Assembly: GCA_038040445.1 (NCBI GenBank)
Contig: JBBPIG010000014.1
Coordinates: 79,210 to 143,209 of the forward strand
Reading direction: 5' to 3'
DNA length: 64,000 nt
Origin: Candidatus Onstottus frigus
GTDB taxonomy: Bacteria; Acidobacteriota; Blastocatellia; UBA7656
Shown here: positions 55,051 to 64,000 of the stretch, piece after piece
Layout of the letters: every line of letters starts with the position of its first letter
How positions within the stretch are numbered: position 1 is the stretch's first letter
The notes under the pieces: generated by a model
Database searches by the model: none
What the model was told of the DNA's origin: nothing
Seen by the model: the letters and a program-made list of their open reading frames with translations, nothing else
Translations under genes and position numbers: made by a program

Positions 55051-55764
55051 CTATTTCTTCACATCCTTCGATGTGATGTCGATGGTGATCATGAAGCCGT
55101 TGGTTCCGCTGTACTCGAATGCCTTTGGGCCCACGCGGTAGGCTTCAATCTCGTTGGGCATCAGAACAAACCCGTCATTGCGCGCTGCGCCGAAGTACTT
55201 CAGGTTTCGAATCACCACCGGTTCTTCGGTCATGCCTGGGCCGCGATGCAGGACGATTACCCCGCCTTTCCCGCCGTTGAGCTTTGCCTCAGCGCGATCT
55301 TTCGAAGCTTGCCAATCTACAGTCGCGTCTTGAGCAGCAACGGTGAATGACTTCCACTTGAGTGGATAGACGTGACTGAGGATTGTTGCGAGGCCGGCTC
55401 GCTGCTCCTTGGTGACCGACGGTTCAAACGTTGCTTCGATCCATTCTCCCTGGCCGCCGCCAAAGTCAGCTCCAAGATCACCCGCCAGCCAGAACTTTAC
55501 TCCATCAAGCTTGACGTTTCCGTAGTTGCCCTTGTTGACCTTGTAGGCAAAATTGGCGCGGCAGTAATGTTCGGCCATTCCGCCGTGACCCTGATGAGCG
55601 GCGGGCTTGGTGGCGAAATAGCACTGGCAGAACATCGGGCAGCTACACGCCTCGATGATGGTTGCGTTAAGCGCCCATTCCGGCGCGGCAGGCTTTTGAG
55701 CAGCAGCCGTGACGGCACTCACGGCCAGTAGGATGGGGAGAGTCCAATAGAAAAACTTTCGCAT
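55051..55764 (-). CDS. secreted DUF1326-like protein
   Basis: Start at ATG 55764 (ggagg SD), signal peptide. IIEACSCPMFCQCYF resembles the Cys motif of DUF1326. Confidence 0.55.
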   Translation of the reverse strand: MRKFFYWTLPILLAVSAVTAAAQKPAAPEWALNATIIEACSCPMFCQCYFATKPAAHQGHGGMAEHYCRANFAYKVNKGNYGNVKLDGVKFWLAGDLGADFGGGQGEWIEATFEPSVTKEQRAGLATILSHVYPLKWKSFTVAAQDATVDWQASKDRAEAKLNGGKGGVIVLHRGPGMTEEPVVIRNLKYFGAARNDGFVLMPNEIEAYRVGPKAFEYSGTNGFMITIDITSKDVKK

Positions 55765-56036
55765 TTCGACACCTCCGTTCAAAGATGGTTCGGTAACCCG
55801 TGGGACGTATCCTCTTAAGTATCTCGGCATGTATCGCGCGATCTGTTTAGCTGTCGCGAACTCAAAGCCAAGTCATATGGGAACGCAGCGAATGCTGACA
55901 GCCATTCTTATACTGCGAACTCTAATGAGAGTCAATCAGGTTCAAGCGCCAACCCCCGCTGATCCATGTAGACCCAATAGACCAGGCGACGACCGCCTCT
56001 TCGAATACCGGACGCTCGTCGTACAATAGATCCGAG

Positions 56037-58478
56037 ATGTTCGCTGAAGTCGCGGTTCCAATCTACATCAGGCAGACATTCACATATCGCCTGCCGGGCG
56101 ATATGGCTGCGCGCGCCGAGATCGGTTGCCGTGTGCTCGTGCCGTTCGGTAAGAAGTTTCTCACCGCGTTCATCGTCGACCTGCACGAGAGCTTGCAAAG
56201 CGACGTCGATGAATCCGACATCAAAGAGGTCGAAGAACTGCTCGACGAATCGCCGGTCATCACCCGCGAGATTCTGGAGCTAACGCGCTGGATTTCCGAT
56301 TACTACTTCGCGCCGTGGGGCGAGTGCCTGAGGGCCGCCCTGCCCGCCGGCGCAATTTCGATCAGCGAACAAGTGCTGACGCTTACCGAAGCGGGCCGTA
56401 CTGCGCTTGCTCACCAGAGACGCACACATGACGCGTCGTCGAAGCAGCGCGCACTCGAGCTTCTAGCCGGCGAAGGCTTTGTTCCATCACGGCAGCTCGA
56501 ACGCGAGTTTCCGAAGCCCTGTGCGGCCGCTCTCATTCGGCAGCTCACCCGCGACGGTTTGATCAGCGTTTCGCAGCGCATCGCCCAGACGCGTATGAAG
56601 CCGAAGCTTCACAATGTTGTGCGTCTGATTGACCCGGGTGAAGATCAGAAACCTCTTAACGAGAAGCAACGTCGAGTCGTCGAGGTTCTTGCGTCTGCAA
56701 GCGATGGGATGCCGTTCAGCGAGTTGCTTGACGCCGCAGATGTTTCGTCGTCCGTTGTGCGCACGCTCGAGAAGCGCGGCGTTGTAGAAGTGTTCGCGCG
56801 CGAGATTCGCCGTGACCCGCTTGCTCACATCGCTAAGGAGGAGACGGCGCCGGTCACGCTCACCGCCGAGCAGCGACACGCTTTCGACCAGATAGCCGCA
56901 AAGATCGATGAACGCCAGTACTCGACTTTCCTTTTGCACGGCGTCACCGGAAGCGGCAAAACTGAGATCTACATCCGCGCGATGCGTGACGCGGTCAACC
57001 GGGGACTCACCGCGCTGATGCTTGTGCCCGAGATTTCGCTGACTCCCGTCTTCTCTCGCCGATTGAGAGCGCAGTTTGGCGAAGCGGTTGCCATCCTTCA
57101 CTCGAGCCTTTCTGAAGGCGAACGCAACGATGAGTGGCGGCGCATCAAAGACGGGGACGCGCGAGTCGTAATCGGCACTCGTTCGGCGGTGTTCGCTCCG
57201 CTCGACAAGCTTGGCGTGGTCATCGTCGACGAAGAGCACGACGGCTCGTACAAGCAGGGTGAAACGCCGCGATACCACGGCCGCGACACCGCGATTGTGC
57301 GAGCCTCGCGAGCCGGCGCAGTCATCGTGCTGGGTTCCGCAACGCCTTCGCTCGAATCGTTTCACAACGCGCACGCGGGCAAGTACGTCTATCTCAGGCT
57401 TGAAGCTCGTTACCGGGATCGCGCGCTCGCCGAAGTCCAAACCGTGGATATGCGCGAGGTGTTCAAGCGTCACGGGAAAGCGCAGACGTTGTCGGACGAG
57501 TTGAAATCGGCGATCGCCGAGACGTTTGCGCGAGGCGAGCAATCGATGATCCTGCTAAACCGGCGCGGCTTCTCTTCGTTTTTGTTGTGCCGGTCGTGCG
57601 GGCTCGCGATTCACTGTCCCAACTGCGATGTGACGCTGACCTATCATCGCTACAATTCGAGCCTGCAGTGTCACTACTGCAACTACATCAGGCCGGTGCC
57701 GCGCGTGTGCGATGCGTGCGAAGGCGAATACATTCACTACGTCGGTCTGGGAACGGAGCAGCTCGAAGCGCAACTCAAAGAGATGTTTCCCGAGATGAAC
57801 ATAGCGAGGCTCGATCGGGATACGACACGAAGGCGCGGCAGCTTCGAGCAAATCATAATGGAATTTGCCGGCGGGGGAATCGACTTGCTCGTTGGCACGC
57901 AGATGATCGCCAAGGGTCACGACTTTCATAACGTGACTCTTGTGGGCGTGGTCTCGGTTGACGCCGGGCTGGGGCTACCCGACTTTCGTGCAGCCGAGCG
58001 AACGTTTCAACTGCTCACTCAAGTAGCGGGACGCGCGGGGCGAGGCGACCGGCCCGGGCGCGTGATAATACAAACCTATCACCCGGAGCACTACTCACTC
58101 GTATGCGCACGCGACCAAAACTACGAAGAGTTCTACCGGCGAGAGATTGCCTTTAGGCGCACGATGCACTACCCGCCGTTCTCCGCGTTGATCAACGTAT
58201 TGATCCACGACAAGGATCACGATCGCGCGAACAATACCGCGATGGACTTCGCGCGAGAGCTGCGCCAAGCCGCGAAGGGTTCGGACTTGCGAGTGCTGGG
58301 CCCCGCGCCTGCCGCGATCTCGCGAATCAAAGGCGAGTACAGGTTTCAAGTCTTGATCAAAGCTCAGAGCCGGACGCGCGCGCGCGAAGCGTTAGACGTG
58401 GCCATGGACCGGGTGGCAGCGGACGGCCACAACCCACGGTCGATTTCCGTTGAAGTCGATCCGATGAACTTGATGTGA
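56037..58478 (+). CDS. priA: primosomal protein N' (replication restart helicase PriA)
   Basis: [20 protein letters not shown], Walker [15 protein letters not shown], Cys-rich zinc-binding region CRSCG...CPNCD...CHYCN. 813 aa. Confidence 0.95.
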   Translation: MFAEVAVPIYIRQTFTYRLPGDMAARAEIGCRVLVPFGKKFLTAFIVDLHESLQSDVDESDIKEVEELLDESPVITREILELTRWISDYYFAPWGECLRAALPAGAISISEQVLTLTEAGRTALAHQRRTHDASSKQRALELLAGEGFVPSRQLEREFPKPCAAALIRQLTRDGLISVSQRIAQTRMKPKLHNVVRLIDPGEDQKPLNEKQRRVVEVLASASDGMPFSELLDAADVSSSVVRTLEKRGVVEVFAREIRRDPLAHIAKEETAPVTLTAEQRHAFDQIAAKIDERQYSTFLLHGVTGSGKTEIYIRAMRDAVNRGLTALMLVPEISLTPVFSRRLRAQFGEAVAILHSSLSEGERNDEWRRIKDGDARVVIGTRSAVFAPLDKLGVVIVDEEHDGSYKQGETPRYHGRDTAIVRASRAGAVIVLGSATPSLESFHNAHAGKYVYLRLEARYRDRALAEVQTVDMREVFKRHGKAQTLSDELKSAIAETFARGEQSMILLNRRGFSSFLLCRSCGLAIHCPNCDVTLTYHRYNSSLQCHYCNYIRPVPRVCDACEGEYIHYVGLGTEQLEAQLKEMFPEMNIARLDRDTTRRRGSFEQIIMEFAGGGIDLLVGTQMIAKGHDFHNVTLVGVVSVDAGLGLPDFRAAERTFQLLTQVAGRAGRGDRPGRVIIQTYHPEHYSLVCARDQNYEEFYRREIAFRRTMHYPPFSALINVLIHDKDHDRANNTAMDFARELRQAAKGSDLRVLGPAPAAISRIKGEYRFQVLIKAQSRTRAREALDVAMDRVAADGHNPRSISVEVDPMNLM

Positions 58479-58523
58479 GCTGGGTGTATGGTTCGAATCG
58501 GAGCGCCCGCGTAGTGGCTCTAT

Positions 58524-58837
58524 AGTTTGGAAATTTTCCCCGAAGGGGATCCGTCCTCCAGCCCAGGGTTGCGGTACTCGGCTACCCTGGGCAAAGACGG
58601 CGATGAGTTCCGACAACCCCGAACGGGGTTGTGGCATAGCTCTGCATGAAATGCGTCGTCCTGAAACTCGATAAACGATAACGATTCGAGACTATCGATC
58701 CGCTGGGTAGGTGTACACAACGAGGCTCGGCCGCAACCCCGTTGGGGTTGGGGAACTCGTCGCCGTCTTCCCAGGGTAGCCGAGTACAGCAACCCTGGGC
58801 TGGAGGACGGATCCCCTTCGGGGAAAATTTCCAAACT
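58524..58837. repeat. large inverted-repeat element (two arms of about 105 nt around a spacer of about 102 nt)
   Basis: Arm 58524-58631 and the reverse complement of arm 58734-58837 are about 93% identical by eye. Each arm holds three local hairpins (tcccc-gaa-gggga; cccagggt...accctggg; caacccc-loop-ggggttg). Confidence 0.85.
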
Positions 58838-58870
58838 GTAGACCGCTCGTACACGGGGGCTGGCGGCACT

Positions 58871-59620
58871 CTAAGGCAACGAACCCTCGGGCACGAGCCA
58901 GGAATGAATGTCGATCACCAGTCTCCCAGTCTTGACCGTCGGGTCCCCTTCAGCCAGCGCTTTGGCCTCATCGATCGAGTTAACCTTGAACACAAATACT
59001 CCTGCGTACTCCCCGGCGTTCTCGAAGGGACCGGCAATCACCAGCTTGCCCGAGCTCGCCATGCTGTTGATGTGGGCCATGTGGTCTGCCTGAAGCTTTT
59101 CGGTTTCAGGTGTTCGCGTGCCGGTCCATTTCGGGCCGCGGCGCAGGAAAGCAAAGTAGTAAGTAGTCATTTTCATTGGCTGCGCAGGCGGCTTCATGAC
59201 GCCCTTGGCGGCCCACCACTTCAGGACTTCCACCGAAAAGCCTCCCACCTTCACCAGGGGATCTGCTTCTTCCCATGCTCGCGCCTCCTCTGCAGAGGAA
59301 GCGTTGAGCACAAATACTCCGGCGATTCGCGTGTCGTCGCCGAATGGACCGGCGATCGCGGCCTTGCCGCTGGCTATAAGGCTTTGCACGTGTTTGGAAT
59401 GGGCCGGGAAAAGCTGTTGCGCTTCAGCCTTCTGGGCGCCGGTCCAGTTTGCCGGTTTGACAAGCAAGCACAAATAAAAGGCCCCCATCTCGACTTTGAA
59501 TTCTTGCGCTTTCGTAATCGAAGTCGGAACGGCAACCGCCGGCCAACACATGATGGCCGCGCACCCAATCAGTTTCCTCAAACTTGATCTCATCCTCACG
59601 CCTGGCCAGAGTTTCATCAT
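58871..59620 (-). CDS. secreted protein with two YciI-like domains
   Basis: Signal peptide, then two copies of the pattern GKxxIAGPF...AGVFVxxxxSxEEAxAxxExDPxVKxG. Confidence 0.7.
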   Translation of the reverse strand: MMKLWPGVRMRSSLRKLIGCAAIMCWPAVAVPTSITKAQEFKVEMGAFYLCLLVKPANWTGAQKAEAQQLFPAHSKHVQSLIASGKAAIAGPFGDDTRIAGVFVLNASSAEEARAWEEADPLVKVGGFSVEVLKWWAAKGVMKPPAQPMKMTTYYFAFLRRGPKWTGTRTPETEKLQADHMAHINSMASSGKLVIAGPFENAGEYAGVFVFKVNSIDEAKALAEGDPTVKTGRLVIDIHSWLVPEGSLP

Positions 59621-59956
59621 CGGTTATTCCTCCGTTAATTGGTGTCCAGCTATTCTATTAACCGTTTGCTGCGCTTTCTTTATCTGTCGATTAGACGCGG
59701 CTGAGATCGAGCCTGACAGAATCATGTACGAGGTGGCCGCCTCGCACGCAGCCGCGCTGGGCTTGGGGGAGTTCGAAACCGATCTGCTCGAGATGGCAGG
59801 AGTCGAAAAGAACACGAACTTTTCTTCGCGAGCGTCATCACAGGACACCGGCTATTGCCGCTCATATCGAGGCTCTTTGGCTGGGCTCAGACTTCTGACG
59901 ATGAACGGCGAGCTGCACCAAAGAACCACTCTTCTGAAGCTGCAGATTGACCTCTC

Positions 59957-60415
59957 TCACTTGAGCTTGAATGCAGTTCTCAAGAACTCCTTCACGCCCT
60001 CTCCCCCGGTGACGCTAAGCCAAACAGGCTCCTCTTGCCGGCCGACCTCAAGCTCGAAACGAAAGAACGAACAACACACTCGCTCGAGACTAATGAACTC
60101 AGCAATCGCGAGAATGTTCGCTTTTGTTCCGGGCAGTCCTACAGCATAGCCGTTCGCCAACTCGCGAACGTTCTCGGCTTTCGAAAACAGTTGCTTGTGC
60201 AGCTCTTGTTGTCGTATTCGTTCGGCCGCGGTCAATCCGAGAAGATTGCAAGCGATTGGTGGATCGGTCATTGACTTGCTCTCCGTCTTACCCTGTTGGG
60301 CTGGCCGTGCTTTGCCGGTCTGTTTCTGTTGCGCAGATGCCGAAGCGGCTACCAGCAGGGTCAAGCCTGCCGCCGACAGCAAGGCGATTCTTACGGCTGT
60401 GATCCGGTTGTGCAT
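59957..60415 (-). CDS. hypothetical secreted protein with conserved-looking CC motif, co-transcribed with MerR regulator
   Basis: Start at ATG 60415 (aaggag SD), 10 nt after the merR-like stop. Signal peptide. IAEFISLERVCCSFFRFEL. Confidence 0.5.
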   Translation of the reverse strand: MHNRITAVRIALLSAAGLTLLVAASASAQQKQTGKARPAQQGKTESKSMTDPPIACNLLGLTAAERIRQQELHKQLFSKAENVRELANGYAVGLPGTKANILAIAEFISLERVCCSFFRFELEVGRQEEPVWLSVTGGEGVKEFLRTAFKLK

Positions 60416-60425
60416 AGCGTTCTCC

Positions 60426-60827
60426 TTAAGTTTTCGATTCTCGATCAAAGAGCTTGACGAACACGCACGCGGGGAACTGCTCGGGGCAATCGCAGCGGCT
60501 CAGGCCATGATGAATTGCCTCACGCATAGACTGGAGCTGGCGGATTTTCTCGTCTATCGCATTGAGTCTGGCCTCGGCGAGCGCCCGCATCTCCACAATT
60601 GTGTGAGCCCCGCTCTCGCGCATATCCAGCAGCGATTTTATCTCGGTGAGAGTGAAGCCCAATCCCTTGGCTTGCTTTACGAACCGAATCGACATCACCG
60701 CGTCCTCGGTGTACTCTCGGTAACCCGACGCGCGCCGGCCGGGCTTCTTGAGCAGTCCGAGTCGCTCATAGAGACGAACCGTCTGAACGTTGACGTCTGC
60801 CTGCGCCGCTACTTGACCGACCGTCAT
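60426..60827 (-). CDS. MerR family (metal-responsive type) transcriptional regulator
   Basis: MTVGQVAAQADVNVQTVRLYERLGLLKKPGRRASGYREY HTH, coiled-coil, C-terminal Cys residues (CDCPEQFPAC). Confidence 0.85.
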   Translation of the reverse strand: MTVGQVAAQADVNVQTVRLYERLGLLKKPGRRASGYREYTEDAVMSIRFVKQAKGLGFTLTEIKSLLDMRESGAHTIVEMRALAEARLNAIDEKIRQLQSMREAIHHGLSRCDCPEQFPACVFVKLFDRESKT

Positions 60828-60853
60828 TACAAACCCCCACCCCGCGAATTTGT

Positions 60854-60885
60854 ATTATCAACCTTGTACCAAAGTATAGAGTCAA
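60854..60885 (-). promoter_or_regulatory. MerR-type promoter candidate with over-long spacer
   Basis: Minus strand reads TTGACT (60885-60880), 20-nt spacer ctatactttggtacaaggtt, GATAAT (60859-60854). The spacer contains the imperfect dyad ACTTTG-GTA-CAAGGT. Confidence 0.45.
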
Positions 60886-60916
60886 GAAGATTCTGCGGGA
60901 ACCCGTTCAGAGTTCA

Positions 60917-61489
60917 CTACTTCGGTGAAGGTGGCTTTGGGATCGCGTCCCATTTCATCAGAATACTCTCTGTGGTGGGACCATTCTGCTTCAGCCACGC
61001 ACTCATCTCGTCTCCAACTTTATTTCCGTAAATGCGATGCGAATAGATCACGGCGCTGCCAACCCCATCATGCATTCTGAACCTGGCGAACGCCACCTCT
61101 ATGAACCCAGGACGACCAAAGATCACAACCACCAAATGCTCGGCTAGCTTGTCCTTGGTCCTGGGAACCGAATCAGTCTTAACAACCAATGCCTTGTTCG
61201 CTTTATAGTTCTCAAGAACAGCGTTCGCTGTAGCAGCAAGAGCTTCGCCGTCTTTCGCTTTTCGATAGAACAGCATCGTCACCATGTCTGTCCACGCTTT
61301 CAAGTCCTCCTGGCCGTCCGGGGTATATTCGTGTTGATCGTCTTTCGTGAAACGGTGAAAGTACTTAGTGTCAGCAAACGAGAAGGCTGCGACTTTCTCT
61401 TTCTTGTCCGCGGCCTGGGGCAAGAATCCGCTAGCGACACTTTGCGCGAAGAACATCGCAAAACAAGCGAATGCGATTTTAGATTTCAT
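60917..61489 (-). CDS. hypothetical secreted protein (190 aa)
   Basis: Signal peptide MKSKIAFACFAMFFAQSVAS. No family recognised. Confidence 0.5.
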   Translation of the reverse strand: MKSKIAFACFAMFFAQSVASGFLPQAADKKEKVAAFSFADTKYFHRFTKDDQHEYTPDGQEDLKAWTDMVTMLFYRKAKDGEALAATANAVLENYKANKALVVKTDSVPRTKDKLAEHLVVVIFGRPGFIEVAFARFRMHDGVGSAVIYSHRIYGNKVGDEMSAWLKQNGPTTESILMKWDAIPKPPSPK

Positions 61490-61510
61490 GTTGGTGATCC
61501 AAACAGCTTC

Positions 61511-63643
61511 TTATTGTTTCGATTGACCTTGGAGCGGAAGGGAGTTGGCGGACTCGACGCTGGCCACTATCCTGCGCAGGATCTCGGGAAGCTTTTTATC
61601 GTCGACCCATCTCACGACGACTACCAGATCGTGAACTGGATCCACGAATGAGATGTTGGTGCCGGCGCCGAGAGCCGCGAAGCTGTTTGCCGGCATACCG
61701 GGGTACATCTTCTCGCCTGTGTTGAGCCACCACATGTAGCCGTAGTCCTGCTTCAACTCGCACGGCGTCGTCGCCATCGCGATCCACTTCTCCGAAATCA
61801 ACTGCCGGTCTTTCCACTTTCCGCCGCGGAGGAACAGATATCCAAACCGCGCCAGGTCGCGAGAGCTGATCCACATTCCTCCGCCCCAGTGACCGCCGCC
61901 GCTCACCGATTTCATGGTTTTGCCGTCGATCTCAACATCCGAGTTGCGGTAGCCATTCCATTGCCAGCCGTCGGAAGCGCCGATCGGATCCATGATCATT
62001 TCCTTGAGCACCGCCGGAAGCGGCCGCTTCCAGACTCGCAGAGACGACAGCGCTACCCGGTTGACGCGCACGTCGTTGTATTCCCAGAAGCTGCCATGCT
62101 CTTGAAGCTGGCGGTCGCGCCCGCGCCTCCTGTCAAAGGTATCGGGCTTGTCCCACAGTGTGCCTTCCCATTCGCTGGTCTGCTGAAGCGACTCGTGCCA
62201 GGTGATAGCGGCGTTGTGCGCGCTGTCGTAGCCGCCATCCTTGACGTACTTACTCACGGCATCGCTGGTGCTCTTGATCAAGCCCCGATCGAAGGCCAGG
62301 CCAACGGTCGTCGACACGAAGCTCTTGGCCGCGCTGAACGACATATCGACTCGCCGTGTGTCTCCGAACTCCGCGACGATGTAGCCGTGCCTCAGGACCA
62401 CGAGGTTGATGGGCGCGCGCTCCTTCGTCGGTCCAACGATTTCACCTGAGCGCTCGGTGGTCGTTCGCCTGGTTATGTACTCGAGCGGGTCCTTGCTGAA
62501 GACGGTCGTTTCGCTTGCTCGCGCGAACTGCATAGCGTCCTCGAGCTTAGCGCTATCCATCCCGGCTTCTTCAGGGCGCTTGTGTTCCCATCCGTCGCCG
62601 GCCGGCGGATAGTAAAGCGCTCGGCTGGATTGCCTGGCGTCGTCGATGTCTACGGCAAGCAATCGCTTGGGCTCGTGACCGACAGGAATCGTAGCGACAA
62701 CCTTCTTGGTGCGCGGGTCGATTGCGGAAACGGTGTCGTCGAGCTGATTGCTGACCCACACCAGGCGGCCATCCGGACTGATGGTGATCCAGTTCGGGAC
62801 GCGGCCCACGTCGATTTTCGCGAGCTGTTTCAGATCCGGCACTGAAAAGGCGTAAACCGCCTTGCCTGCCATGCTCGTCACGTATAACTCGCGCTCGTCG
62901 GGCGTGAGCGCGAGCCCATGGGTGAGAGTGTCGTAGGGCGGGATCACGGTGCCCGGGGGCAACGCCGGGAGCTCCACTCGACGAATCGTTTTTCCTTCTT
63001 TGAGGTCGACCACTACGAACCCGTGCAACTTGGACAGCGCAACATACGCGAGCTTTTGGTCTCTGCGAAGCGCTATCGGGCGAACCCAATCGCCCGGCGC
63101 GATCTCATTGATCTGCTTGTGCGTGGCGGTGTCGTATATCGTGATTCGCGAGCCCGCCATCGAGCCCAGGTACAGCCGCTTGCCGTCCGCCGAGACATAT
63201 GTGTTGTGCGGCCACGCGGGCGCCTTCATCCGGTCGATCACTTTCATCGTGGTTGTATCCACGACGTCGATCGCCGCATCGTTACGCAGCGGCACGAAGA
63301 CCTTGCGGCCATCCCGGGTGATCGATACTTCATTCGGGGCGCGGCCTACCTTCGTGCGCGCGGTCACCCGATTAGTCGCGGTGTCCACGGCGACCAGTTC
63401 GTCGGTCCCCTCGACGCTGATGTACAACGTGCGTCGATCGGGCGAGAGGACTACGCCGTGCGGGTTTGCGCCGACATTGATACTCCCGACGACTTTCATC
63501 GTCGCCGGATCAATGACCGTGACGTCGTTACCCTTGGAGTTGGTGACGTACACCCGCGCAGTTCGGCGATCGGCGGCGCCGGCGGCCGATGCCGCCAGAA
63601 GAACTAGGGCGATAGCGATAAAGGTGAGCTTTGATGATTTCAT
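61511..63643 (-). CDS. secreted fusion protein: YVTN-type beta-propeller plus beta-lactamase-family serine hydrolase
   Basis: Start at ATG 63643 (signal peptide). Repeats such as YVTNSKGNDVTVIDPATMKVVGSINVGANPHGVVLSPDRRTLY. C-terminal SxxK motif (FSAAKSF) and hydrolase-like region. Confidence 0.75.
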   Translation of the reverse strand: MKSSKLTFIAIALVLLAASAAGAADRRTARVYVTNSKGNDVTVIDPATMKVVGSINVGANPHGVVLSPDRRTLYISVEGTDELVAVDTATNRVTARTKVGRAPNEVSITRDGRKVFVPLRNDAAIDVVDTTTMKVIDRMKAPAWPHNTYVSADGKRLYLGSMAGSRITIYDTATHKQINEIAPGDWVRPIALRRDQKLAYVALSKLHGFVVVDLKEGKTIRRVELPALPPGTVIPPYDTLTHGLALTPDERELYVTSMAGKAVYAFSVPDLKQLAKIDVGRVPNWITISPDGRLVWVSNQLDDTVSAIDPRTKKVVATIPVGHEPKRLLAVDIDDARQSSRALYYPPAGDGWEHKRPEEAGMDSAKLEDAMQFARASETTVFSKDPLEYITRRTTTERSGEIVGPTKERAPINLVVLRHGYIVAEFGDTRRVDMSFSAAKSFVSTTVGLAFDRGLIKSTSDAVSKYVKDGGYDSAHNAAITWHESLQQTSEWEGTLWDKPDTFDRRRGRDRQLQEHGSFWEYNDVRVNRVALSSLRVWKRPLPAVLKEMIMDPIGASDGWQWNGYRNSDVEIDGKTMKSVSGGGHWGGGMWISSRDLARFGYLFLRGGKWKDRQLISEKWIAMATTPCELKQDYGYMWWLNTGEKMYPGMPANSFAALGAGTNISFVDPVHDLVVVVRWVDDKKLPEILRRIVASVESANSLPLQGQSKQ

Positions 63644-63826
63644 AGCGGCCACATAATACACGAAACGGGCCGTGGTTTGAACACGGAAAAACTATAGCGA
63701 ACACCCGCAACTTTCAGTTGGAGGGGGATTGTACGCTGCCTAAGCGGTAGCGTTAATTTGCCCGCCGCAACTGCGCGCTCACGCTGGTCCGTCGCCGCGA
63801 GAGCGCTGTGGTATCATCCGTTTTTC

Positions 63827-64000
63827 ATGTACATCGATTCGCACACACACATTGAGGGAAGCGAATTCGACGCCGATCGCGAAGCCGTCATTCAACGCGC
63901 GATTGACGCTGGAGTCGAGATCATCGTGTGTGTAGGCGACGGCGAAGTAGCCGCAGACTCGCACGCCGCAGCGTTTCGCATCGCCGAAGAATATCCATTC
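63827..64000 (+). CDS. TatD family hydrolase, N-terminal fragment (runs off window)
   Basis: MYIDSHTHIEGSEFDADREAVIQRAIDAGVEIIVCVG matches the TatD HxH N-terminus. No stop before the window end. Confidence 0.75.
   Translation, partial: MYIDSHTHIEGSEFDADREAVIQRAIDAGVEIIVCVGDGEVAADSHAAAFRIAEEYPF

Noticed and set aside
56487-57542. 351-aa minus-strand ORF
   Set aside because: It is a shadow ORF antisense to priA.
58490-58499. GGTTCGAATC, a tRNA T-loop-like string just after priA
   Set aside because: The flanking bases (gtatGGTTCGAATCggag) cannot form a T-stem, and no acceptor or anticodon arms are present.
58392-59587. ORFs 58392..58637(-), 58520..58834(-) and 58742..59587(+), which share PWAGGRIPFGENFQT-type peptides
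   Set aside because: The shared peptides are translations of the two arms of the inverted repeat. The 281-aa plus ORF is otherwise antisense to the YciI-domain gene.
62918-63656. 229-aa and 235-aa plus-strand ORFs
   Set aside because: They are shadow ORFs antisense to the YVTN-propeller/hydrolase gene.

Overview
64-kb chromosomal segment. Core genes are about 58-60% GC (hand count of one 60-nt sample in sdhA: 60%). It most likely comes from an Acidobacteriota genome, judging by a VWFA-related acidobacterial-type VWA protein, a CarboxypepD_reg-type TonB-dependent receptor and many TPR or secreted proteins. This attribution is inference only.

Recognisable housekeeping content: MtaD-like amidohydrolase, Mop-type molybdenum aldehyde oxidoreductase, two RRM RNA-binding proteins, ArnT-like GT39, RimO, PgpA, NadD-like, CinA, DUF1111 di-haem protein, rhodanese, PflX-like radical SAM, YihY, Fpg/Nei, SdhCAB, a PLP dehydratase, PriA, a MerR regulator and TatD (partial).

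Content worth a second look:
1. A tandemly duplicated two-gene cassette at the left edge (pentapeptide-repeat protein plus a large uncharacterised partner, 1-5581).
2. A 3.46-kb IS1-family transposon with terminal inverted repeats, an 8-bp target duplication and cargo genes (HigB, a HigA-ImmA fusion and small ORFs; 24041-27499).
3. An intergenic block built from 13 GTTTCTG/CAGAAAC heptamers in mirrored arrays, ending 7 nt before a start codon (31615-31801).
4. A 1.5-kb ORF-poor region rich in hairpins that I could not assign to any known RNA class (34948-36450).
5. A low-GC three-gene membrane operon that includes a signal-less Calx-beta protein (46892-48419).
6. A 314-bp element with about 105-bp inverted arms between priA and a YciI gene (58524-58837).
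7. A J-domain (HPS variant) protein with two PilZ domains.

No rRNA, tRNA or CRISPR array was seen. All family calls rest on motif recognition by eye; no searches were run.
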